This document shows positions 28,393 to 36,505 of a stretch of DNA of 64,000 nucleotides, one piece after another (position 1 is the stretch's first letter; each line of letters opens with the position of its first letter). Below the pieces are notes generated by a model. That model was not told the origin of the DNA. It did no database searches and saw only the letters and a list, made by a program, of their open reading frames with translations. The DNA is from Alphaproteobacteria bacterium (GTDB lineage: Bacteria; Pseudomonadota; Alphaproteobacteria; UBA828), in NCBI GenBank assembly GCA_965216915.1, contig CBDCGS010000011.1, positions 1,314,569 through 1,378,568 of the forward strand, written 5' to 3'. The translations under genes were made by a program, and so were the position numbers.

Positions 28393-28872
28393 CTATCCGA
28401 AGGCAAGCACCGCCAGCACGACGATCGCGACGCCGAGGATGAGCACCGCCATGCCCAATCGCTCGATGACCTTCGTGTCGGGCGCGGCGGTGCCGCGTCT
28501 CATGCGGGCGCTCTGACGGTGGATCAACCCGACAGAGAGCGTCAGCAGCGCGACCAATCCGACCTTGATGTGGAAGAGCACGCCGCCGGCCGCCGCGAGA
28601 CCATCGTAGATTGCGATCAGCGCGATGCCGGTGCCCCAAAGCAAGAGCAGCGACAGGCCACTCAAGAGTCCCGAGACGGACGAGCCGGCGGCCATGACCC
28701 GTGCTCCATCCTCGGTCGGCATGCGCGCTGTGCGGATGCCCAAGCCCGCCATGAAAAAGGAGGTTCCGAGCCCCGCCGCGAGACCCAGAAAGTGCAGAAT
28801 CAACAGAGCCTCGTAAACGACCTTGGGGTGCCTCCTCCAGATCCTCTCCGCGTGTGCGGCCCAGAACACCAT
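28393..28872 (-). CDS. Hypothetical integral membrane protein (4 predicted TM helices)
   Basis: Hydrophobic segments LLILHFLGLAAGLGTSFFMAGL, SGLLSGLSLLLLWGTGIALIAIY, VGLVALLTLSVGLI and GMAVLILGVAIVVLAVLAF. Confidence 0.5.
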   Translation of the reverse strand: MVFWAAHAERIWRRHPKVVYEALLILHFLGLAAGLGTSFFMAGLGIRTARMPTEDGARVMAAGSSVSGLLSGLSLLLLWGTGIALIAIYDGLAAAGGVLFHIKVGLVALLTLSVGLIHRQSARMRRGTAAPDTKVIERLGMAVLILGVAIVVLAVLAFG

Positions 28873-29398
28873 AGGTGCCTCGGAGCATCAAGTTGAGGGC
28901 GAGGGCGAATCGCGTCCACCCATTTCGTCTCACCTCACTGGTTGACGGACCTAATCGGCGGCGCGCGCGATGCCATGAAGCGACACGCCGATCCGCAAAT
29001 CCTGTGCGTTCGGCCCGACCGAGTGCCTCCTCCATCCGTTGAACGTCGGCGGCACATTCGACCTCGGCATACACTTCGTACCGCGAGAAGCAAGGGCGGG
29101 TGGCGTGCGAGAGTCTGATAGACAAAGGGGCGGGCGGCACTTACGCTCGGCGCGGGAGACGATTAGAGCTGACCACGAATGGAGACGGGCGATGAACCCG
29201 GACCGTTCGCAAAGCGCCGACCCCGGTCCGCTGGCGCCGTGTAGCCAGGGAGCCGACGCGCTGCCCCGGGGGAGCCGCGCGCCGTTCAACAGACGAGACC
29301 CGGTGCACCTCGCCGCCGCGCCCGGCGTGCGACCGATCGTCCCTGACGACCGTCAAAGGCCGGGGTTGCTCGCTCTCTCACATTCAAAGGAGCGGTAG

Positions 29399-30469
29399 AT
29401 GCTCGACGACGTATTCGTGCTCGATGCCGTCTGTCACGCCTATAGCTTCGCGCCTCAGAATAGGATCGGCCAGCCCTACGCCGATGGCATTGCGAGCGGT
29501 GTCTATCAGATCCACCAGCATTTCGCGCCGAAGGGACGCGAGGACCTGATCCTGGACGAGGAGACCTTCAATACCCGCATCTGCGACGCCGGTTTCACCG
29601 CTCAGGTGATGTTCGGCGAGAGTCACACCGACGCGACGATCTATCACGAGCTGCCGCTCTACGGCTATTTCAAGGACGGCGGCTCGCCGATTTCGATCGG
29701 CGCGGAAATGCGTGAGCGCTGGCCCGGCCGCGTCTATCTCTACGGTGGCGTGTCGCCGCATCAACCGGGTGCACTCGAGCGCGTCGACCAGCTCGTCGAG
29801 GAACACAAGGTCTCAGGCATCAAGCTCTATCCGCACGACGTCGTTGCCGGCGAGCTGCGCAGCATCAGGATCGATGATGAGAAGCTCCTATTCCCGATCT
29901 TCGAACGGGTCCAGAAGCATGGGTTGCGCACGGTCGCCATGCACAAGGCGATCGTCATGGGGCCGGTGCCCATCGAACCCTACATGCCGTTCGAGGTCGG
30001 CACCGCCGCAAAGGCCTTCCCCGACCTAACCTTTGAGATCGTCCATGGCGGTTTCGCCTTTATGGAAGAGACCATGGCGCTCCTCATGTGGCATCCCAAC
30101 ATCACCGTGAGCACCGAGGGCACAACCGCCCTGCTCGCACGGGCACCGCGCAAATTCCTGGAGATCATCGGCAATCTGATGTCCGCCGGGGCGGCCGACC
30201 GGATCCTTTGGGCGATCGGCGGTCCCGTGGTTCATTCGCGCTGGTACGAGGAGGCGTTCTGGAACCTCGAAATGCCCGAGGACTTGATGGAGGGCTATGG
30301 CTTTCCTCCGCTCACCGAAGACGTCAAGCGCGGCATTCTCGGCCTCAACGCCGCGCGGCTGCTCGGCATCGACGTCGACGCCTTGAAGGCGCAAACGGCA
30401 AGCGACGACTTCGCCAAGCCGCGTACGCTCGCCGAGCCCTGGTCGGGTCTGAGCAGGCATGCCGCCTGA
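29399..30469 (+). CDS. Amidohydrolase-family (amidohydrolase-2, metal-dependent TIM-barrel) hydrolase
   Basis: Strong RBS AAAGGAG before the ATG. The fold-typical His/Asp positions are present (LDAVCHAY..., HKAIV..., IVHGG). Confidence 0.75.
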   Translation: MLDDVFVLDAVCHAYSFAPQNRIGQPYADGIASGVYQIHQHFAPKGREDLILDEETFNTRICDAGFTAQVMFGESHTDATIYHELPLYGYFKDGGSPISIGAEMRERWPGRVYLYGGVSPHQPGALERVDQLVEEHKVSGIKLYPHDVVAGELRSIRIDDEKLLFPIFERVQKHGLRTVAMHKAIVMGPVPIEPYMPFEVGTAAKAFPDLTFEIVHGGFAFMEETMALLMWHPNITVSTEGTTALLARAPRKFLEIIGNLMSAGAADRILWAIGGPVVHSRWYEEAFWNLEMPEDLMEGYGFPPLTEDVKRGILGLNAARLLGIDVDALKAQTASDDFAKPRTLAEPWSGLSRHAA

Positions 30470-30887
30470 GCCCGACCACACCGCCTTACGCAGCGCGATC
30501 TCGTCGCGCCTCGAGGCGATCGTCGATCCGTGCAGCGCAGCCGCCGGCGCGCCGGCGGGTCTGGTCTCGATGGGTCTCGTCGGCGACCTGACGATCGAAG
30601 AGCGGCCGAGCGGTGCCCATATCGATCTCACGCTCCTCGTCACCGAGCCAGGTTGCATGATGGCCGCGGTGTTTCAGGCAACGGCCGAGCGCGAGATCGC
30701 GGCGCTGCCGGGCGTCGCGAGCGTCGAGGTCCGCGTCGACCATTCGCACATCTGGGATCGGGACCATATGACGCCCGCTTATCGCGGGCGTCTTGCCTCG
30801 TTCCGCGCCAACCAGGCGGCTCATATGGCGTCGCGGCACGAGACGGCGCAGCAAGAATCAAAGGCCAACCAATGGGGAGACGAATGA
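30459..30887 (+). CDS. DUF59 / MIP18-family metal-sulfur-cluster assembly-type small protein
   Basis: IVDPCSAAAG...SMGLVGDL...ALPGV pattern of the DUF59 (PaaD/SufT-like) family. It overlaps the amidohydrolase gene by 11 nt. Confidence 0.6.
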   Translation: MPPEPDHTALRSAISSRLEAIVDPCSAAAGAPAGLVSMGLVGDLTIEERPSGAHIDLTLLVTEPGCMMAAVFQATAEREIAALPGVASVEVRVDHSHIWDRDHMTPAYRGRLASFRANQAAHMASRHETAQQESKANQWGDE

Positions 30888-30888
30888 G

Positions 30889-32025
30889 ATGTTGGGAAAA
30901 ACTTGGTACCGGCTAGCCGCCGTAACGGCGGTCTGCGCCTTGGGCTTTACCGTGGCGCCCCATGCTAAGAGTGACGAGGCGTCGGACGCTGTCGCCTATG
31001 CGAAGAAGGTTGTTGCGGCGGGTCAGCTGAGCACGATGTCGCGTAGTCCGCTCGAGGAGGGGGGCGTCTATTGGACGGGCGCTGAGTCATCGCCACCGCC
31101 GGTCGAGGGCGTGACTGTGGCTGTGATGCCCTGTCCGTTGGCCTTTGTCGTCTGCAAGTATCTCTTCGACAAGGCCAAGGACGCGGCGGATGCGATTGGC
31201 TGGGAGGCCTTCTCGATCGATTCCAAGGGGGAGCCTGCGACCGCGCAGAAGGCGGTGGACGTCGCGATCAACCGGGGCGTCAAATGCGTCCTGACGCTGG
31301 CGAGCCCGGCCCGGGACATCAGCCCGCAAATCGCCCGCGGCAAGGAGCAAGGCGTCGCCTTCGTCACGGGTTTCTCCGATGATCCGCGTGATTTCGGCGG
31401 AGATGTCGGCTACGGCCTCGACTATGCGGCGGCGGGCGCATTGCTCGGCGCCTATGTGATCGCCAATGGCGGTGGCAAGATCGTCGTCTTCAACGCGCCG
31501 CAGCTTCCGCAGCTCACGGTGCGCACCGATGGCTTCATCGACTACATCGAGAAGCATGGCGGCGGCACGGCGGAGATCCTCCACCGCGAGGAGTTCTCGC
31601 TGGTGCAAGGTGCCCAAGGTCTCGTGACCAAGACACAAGCGCTGCTCACGCGCTACCCCAAGGACAGCTTCCAATGGGTGATCGGCCCCTATGACGAGGT
31701 GCTGCGGCCGGTCCTCGAGGTTGCGGGGCAACGCGGACGCGACGAGATCAAGGGCGTCAGCTTCGATGGCGAGGATGTCGCCTACAATTCGATCCGGACC
31801 GGCGGTGGTCAGGTCGCGACCATCAGCTGGGGTCTCGAGTGGGTCTCGTGGGCCGGGATCGACGAATGCAATCGCGCCCTGAACGGTGCACCGGTCGGCG
31901 TCAATACGGATTTCCCGATCCAGTTGACCGACCACACGAATGTCCCGCCGGAGGGCGAAAAATATTGGCCGGGCTTCGATTTTAAAGCGCGCTACAAGGA
32001 GATGTGGGACGCCGCGAGACAATAA
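30889..32025 (+). CDS. Sugar ABC transporter periplasmic binding protein (PBP1/LacI-type fold) with signal peptide
   Basis: Signal peptide LAAVTAVCALGFTVAPHA plus type-I periplasmic binding fold features. The start was trimmed to the ATG at 30889. Confidence 0.75.
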   Translation: MLGKTWYRLAAVTAVCALGFTVAPHAKSDEASDAVAYAKKVVAAGQLSTMSRSPLEEGGVYWTGAESSPPPVEGVTVAVMPCPLAFVVCKYLFDKAKDAADAIGWEAFSIDSKGEPATAQKAVDVAINRGVKCVLTLASPARDISPQIARGKEQGVAFVTGFSDDPRDFGGDVGYGLDYAAAGALLGAYVIANGGGKIVVFNAPQLPQLTVRTDGFIDYIEKHGGGTAEILHREEFSLVQGAQGLVTKTQALLTRYPKDSFQWVIGPYDEVLRPVLEVAGQRGRDEIKGVSFDGEDVAYNSIRTGGGQVATISWGLEWVSWAGIDECNRALNGAPVGVNTDFPIQLTDHTNVPPEGEKYWPGFDFKARYKEMWDAARQ

Positions 32026-32084
32026 GCCGGCGGTCATCACCACACCACGACAGACGGTCGACCGTGACGGGTCACGAACGGGCG

Positions 32085-33626
32085 ATGGCGGGCGCGGGAA
32101 GCGGTGCGGCACCGCTTCTCTCGTTCCGCGAGGTGACCAAAACGTTCGGCTCCACGGTCGCCGTCGATCGCGTCAGCGCGGATCTCGTGGCGGGCGAGAT
32201 CCATGCGCTCGTCGGAGAGAACGGGGCCGGGAAATCGACGCTGATCCGGATACTCGCCGGCGACCACATCGCCGATTCGGGCGAGATCCTGCTCGACGGC
32301 AAAGCGGTGCGCTTCACGCATCCCCGCGAGGCGATGGAGCACGGCGTTGGGTGCGTGCACCAAATCCCGATGTTCGTGCCCAACCTCACCGTGACCGAGA
32401 ACCTGCTTCTTGGCGTGCCTTATGAGCGTCGGCGGGCTGGGCTCATCGACTGGCGCGCCGAGCATCGCGCGGCCCGCCAAGACCTCGCCGAGGTCGGCCT
32501 CTCGGTGGATCCGCGTGCCCCGCTTGAGACGCTGCACATCCACGAGCGGCAGCTGGTCGCCGTCGCACGGGCGCTCAAGCGCGGGCTCCGTGTCCTCGTG
32601 CTCGACGAGGTGACTGCTTCTCTCTCCGAACCAGAGGTGCGCATCCTGCATGATGTGATCCGCGACGTGCGAGATCGCGGCGTCACGATCATCTATATCA
32701 GCCACCGGCTCGAAGAGATCTTTCGCTTGGCCGATCGCGTCACGGTGCTGCGCGATGGCAAGCATGTCGCGACGCTTCCGGTCGACGGACTGACCCATAG
32801 CGAGATCGCCCACCACATCGTCGGCACGGCGGTCGATGATCTCTTCCAGCGCAAGAGCCGCGCCACGCCGGCCGAGAGCAAGGAACCGAGGCTCATCGTG
32901 CGCGGCCTCGGCGACGGTAGGCTCCGCGACATCTCGTTCGATCTTCATCCCGGTGAGATCCTCGGTGTCTCGGGGCTCGGCGGCTCGGGCCGAACCCGCC
33001 TGCTTCACGTGCTCTTCGGCGTGCGCCCCTTCAGCAGGGGCGAGATCCGGATCGACGGCGAGCCGCACAACTTTCGCGACGCCGCGGATGCCTTGATTGC
33101 CGGCGTCGCACTGGTGACCGAGGATCGCCAAGCGGACGGTTATGTGGCATCGCTCCAGGTTTGGCAGAACGTCACCTTGCCCTGGGCCCGCCGCTTCACC
33201 CGAGGCGGCCTCCTGCGCCTCGGGGAAGAGCGGCGGGCGGCTCGGGCCTCGACCGAGCGACTCGGTGTGCGCATGCCCGCGATCACCGCGTTGATGACCC
33301 AGCTGTCGGGTGGCAATCAGCAGAAGGCGATTTTCGCGCGTTGGATCACCGGGCCGATCCGTGTTCTCCTGCTCGATGAGCCGACCCACGGCGTCGACAT
33401 TCGCTCGAAGGGCCAGATCTACGACATCATTCGAAACCTTGCGGCCGAAGGCGTCGCGATCATCATGGTGTCTTCGGAGCTTGAGGAGTTCGAGGCGCTG
33501 TGCGACCGGGTGCTCCTGTTGCGTGAGGGCAGAATGATCGGCGAGGTCGACGGGGAGCACATCTCGAAGGACACGATCCTTCACACCCTGCTGACCGGCG
33601 AGCAGGACGAGGCCGTGCAGCAATGA
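32085..33626 (+). CDS. Sugar ABC transporter ATP-binding protein with duplicated ABC domains (RbsA/MglA-like)
   Basis: Two Walker A motifs (GENGAGKST; GLGGSGRT) and two signature motifs (LSEPE...; LSGGNQQK). The start is uncertain; 32004 is the ORF-track alternative. Confidence 0.8.
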   Translation: MAGAGSGAAPLLSFREVTKTFGSTVAVDRVSADLVAGEIHALVGENGAGKSTLIRILAGDHIADSGEILLDGKAVRFTHPREAMEHGVGCVHQIPMFVPNLTVTENLLLGVPYERRRAGLIDWRAEHRAARQDLAEVGLSVDPRAPLETLHIHERQLVAVARALKRGLRVLVLDEVTASLSEPEVRILHDVIRDVRDRGVTIIYISHRLEEIFRLADRVTVLRDGKHVATLPVDGLTHSEIAHHIVGTAVDDLFQRKSRATPAESKEPRLIVRGLGDGRLRDISFDLHPGEILGVSGLGGSGRTRLLHVLFGVRPFSRGEIRIDGEPHNFRDAADALIAGVALVTEDRQADGYVASLQVWQNVTLPWARRFTRGGLLRLGEERRAARASTERLGVRMPAITALMTQLSGGNQQKAIFARWITGPIRVLLLDEPTHGVDIRSKGQIYDIIRNLAAEGVAIIMVSSELEEFEALCDRVLLLREGRMIGEVDGEHISKDTILHTLLTGEQDEAVQQ

Positions 33627-34639
33627 CGTCGCCACCCGTCAATCGCAACCAGAATGGCGAGGCGCATGGCTGGTCGGCGTCCTGGCGCGCGGCGCGGCGG
33701 CGCTATGACCTGGGCTCGCTCGCGCCGATCCTCTTTTTCATCTTTCTGATCGTCGGCTTCGGCGCGGCTGAGCCGACCTATTTTCCGACCACCGACAATC
33801 TGACGGCGATCCTCAACAATGGCGCCGTGCTCGCGATCCTGACCTGCGGGCTCACGGTCGTGCTGGTGGTTGGCGAATTCGACCTCTCGGTCGGCGCTGC
33901 TGCCTCGTTTGGCGGTTCGCTCGCCGCCGTGCTCGATGCGCAAGCGGACTGGCATCTCGGCCTCGTGATTCTCGCGGTGGTCGGCTGCGGTGTTCTGATC
34001 GGTTTGTTCAACGGCATCCTCGTGACCAAATTCCAGATCCCGGCGCTGATCGCGACGATCGGATCGTCGAGCCTCTTGATCGGCTTCTCCCTCTGGATCA
34101 CCGACAACCGGGTTATCTTCACGGGGTATACGGACCCGTTCCTCGTCCTCGGCCGCTGGTCGGTCGGTGGGCTTCAAGCGCCCGTCTTCTACCTCATCGT
34201 CTGCGCCGTCGCGCTTGCGATCCTGCTCCGCTACACCGCGACGGGCCGACATATGTATGCCGCGGGCGGAAACCGCGCCGCGAGCCGTATGTCCGGGATC
34301 CGGGTCGAGCGCCAGGTTGTTCTCGCGTTCGTGGCCGCGGGCGTGCTGAGCGCGCTCGCCGGCATGGTCTACACGGCCCGGCAAGCATCGCTGACGCCCG
34401 AGTTTGGCGTCGTGTTCCTGCTGCCGGCATTTGCCGCGGCCTTCCTCGGCTCGGTCACTCTGACGCGGCGCACGTTCCACATCGTGGGCACCGTGCTCGG
34501 CGTTTACCTGATCGAGACCGGCACCGTCGGCCTCCTCATGTTCGGCGCCCCCGCCTTCACACAGCAGCTTTTCGCGGGCGCCGTGCTCATTCTCGCAACA
34601 ATCGGCGCACGATACCGAGGAAGCGGGAACATTTCGTAG
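33623..34639 (+). CDS. ABC transporter permease (RbsC/CUT2 family)
   Basis: 338-aa polytopic permease. There is a 4-nt overlap with the ATPase gene. Confidence 0.8.
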   Translation: MTSPPVNRNQNGEAHGWSASWRAARRRYDLGSLAPILFFIFLIVGFGAAEPTYFPTTDNLTAILNNGAVLAILTCGLTVVLVVGEFDLSVGAAASFGGSLAAVLDAQADWHLGLVILAVVGCGVLIGLFNGILVTKFQIPALIATIGSSSLLIGFSLWITDNRVIFTGYTDPFLVLGRWSVGGLQAPVFYLIVCAVALAILLRYTATGRHMYAAGGNRAASRMSGIRVERQVVLAFVAAGVLSALAGMVYTARQASLTPEFGVVFLLPAFAAAFLGSVTLTRRTFHIVGTVLGVYLIETGTVGLLMFGAPAFTQQLFAGAVLILATIGARYRGSGNIS

Positions 34640-34685
34640 GAAACGGCGCGGCGCTTTGACATCGTGGCGACCCGATGGCGGCGCC

Positions 34686-35411
34686 TCAGACGATCAAACG
34701 CGATCCGGGATAGAACGCCGTCTGATAGGCGGGGCGGGCGCGGATCCGCGCATACCAGTCTGCGACGCGCGGCCGCCGAGCCCACCGATCGGCCATACCG
34801 AGATCCTCCATGCGTTGCAAAAGAGGGGCAATGCAGATGTCGGCGATCGAGTAGTGATCGTCGACCAGCCAGGCGCCTCGACCGAGCGCCTCCTCCATGC
34901 GGCCGAGCGACTGGTCGAGCTGCTCGATCGCCATGGCGCAATCCTCCGCGCTGAAGCCGGCGCGGCCCATGCGCTTGAGAAACGGCTTGCGCAAGGGGTT
35001 GGCGTCGGCGAAAGCGTCGAACTCCTCCTCGGTCATTTGCTGGAAACGCGGCAGCTGGATCTCCTGGAAGGTCGGGACCCGGATCGCCATGGAGGGTACC
35101 TCATCGATGAAGCGGAGCCAGACGCGCATTCGCGCGCGCATCAATGGATCTTCCGGCGAAAGACGCGGCTCGCCCGGATAGAGCTCGTCGAGGTACTCGC
35201 AGATCACCGTGGATTCGATGATTGGCTGCCCGTTGTGGACGAGTGTTGGCACGACCCCGTTTGGATTGAGTGCGAGATATGGCGGCCGCACGTGCTCGCC
35301 GCCGGGCAGATCGACATGGTGGCTGACCCAGTCCAGCTGTTTCTCCGCCAAGCAAATGCGGACCTTCTGGCTGCAGGTGGACTTGTGGAAATGATAGAGT
35401 TCGAGCGTCAT
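34686..35411 (-). CDS. Glutathione S-transferase-family protein
   Basis: N-terminal thioredoxin-like GST motif MTLELYHFHKSTCSQKVRICL plus a C-terminal helical domain. The upstream extension in the ORF track was trimmed. Confidence 0.8.
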   Translation of the reverse strand: MTLELYHFHKSTCSQKVRICLAEKQLDWVSHHVDLPGGEHVRPPYLALNPNGVVPTLVHNGQPIIESTVICEYLDELYPGEPRLSPEDPLMRARMRVWLRFIDEVPSMAIRVPTFQEIQLPRFQQMTEEEFDAFADANPLRKPFLKRMGRAGFSAEDCAMAIEQLDQSLGRMEEALGRGAWLVDDHYSIADICIAPLLQRMEDLGMADRWARRPRVADWYARIRARPAYQTAFYPGSRLIV

Positions 35412-35707
35412 CTCGCCTCCGTCTCGGCCCGTTTCACCAGAGCAAGCGCGCACGCCGCGTCTCGCCCAACCGTCGCGCGCACGACCCATGCGGGCGGACC
35501 CATCAGTTCGACATCCTAGGTTCGTGGACCCGCAGCCGCCGATCAAGTCCGACTGATGCCGGTCCGGCAGCGCCAGGCGCTCCGGGGCCAGTGCGGCCAG
35601 CGCGCTCTCGATGCGGATCGCTCTTCTTCAACAACCGTGGCCCGGTTGGAAAAATCGCCGACGCTGGGTGCCGCCGATGACGGCAAGCGAGATTCTGCCA
35701 CACGTGG

Positions 35708-36169
35708 TTATTGCGCTGCCTTGGTTAGCTTTTGCAGCAGCGCTTGTGCCTCGGATGCGCCAGGGAACCCGCCGCCGTTTCGCAGCGCCTTCTCCAGCTC
35801 CCTGCGTGCCTCCGCGGGTTTGTCGAGCCGATCGAGCGCGACGGCGATGTGGTAGCGCACCATGTCCTCTTGGCGCCCGCGCGTGAGCGCCCCTCGCAGC
35901 AGGGCGAGACCGCGTGCCGGCTCTCCCGATTACACGAGGATCCAGCCTAGCGTGTCCATCGCCCCTGGATCGCTCGGCATCAACGCATAGGCCTTCTCGG
36001 CGTGACCGAGCGCCCTCGGATCGCCGAGTTCGCCATAGAGCCAGGCGAGGTTGTTGAGCAGCGTCCCGTCATTCGGAGACGTCTGAACGAGGCTCTCGTG
36101 CACCGTCGCGGCCTCGCGGTACTGCCGGTCGCGATCAACGCTGTGGCCACCCTGATCGGTTGCGAGCAA
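35708..36169 (-). pseudogene. Degenerate TPR-repeat gene fragment, interrupted by an in-frame TAA and truncated at an AT-rich junction
   Basis: A manual minus-strand translation reads ...NNLAWLYGELGDP...DTLGWILV, then TAA (35930-35932), then SGEPARGLALLRGALTRGRQEDMVRYHIAVALDRLDKPAEARRELEKAL... to the stop at 35708. The N-terminal TPR repeats are missing upstream of 36169. Confidence 0.45.
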
Positions 36170-36505
36170 GAATCGTGCGGTAATTAAATAATCTGTTTTT
36201 TTCAGCAGGTTGGCACGCCGGATATTGGCGGCTGTCGTCGTTCTTTACAGATCTGGCGGCCATCTTAACCCTGGTTCGCGTGCATTCTCTTTGATAACAA
36301 CGACTTGTCGGATCGACGGGCGTCAGCATTCTTTACACTTTGCGTGAATCTCAGACGAAACGACGTGATCGCGCTGGCATACGATGATCTTTCGTGGCCG
36401 GGGCAGAGGTCTGGCTCTTGGGTGCGCCGACCGATCCGAGCCTGGGCTCGCGCAATCCCGCGCAGGTGGCATCACCTGCACCGACGCATTTGTGTCGGCA
36501 AAGGG

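Noticed and set aside
28280-29140. 286-aa minus-strand ORF spanning the trHb 3' end, the membrane-protein gene and the intergenic gap
   Set aside because: It overlaps two better-supported genes and is extremely Arg/Gly-rich. It is a GC artefact.
32037-33635. 532-aa minus-strand ORF opposite the double-ABC ATPase gene
   Set aside because: Antisense artefact. The plus-strand product has two complete Walker A / signature motif sets.
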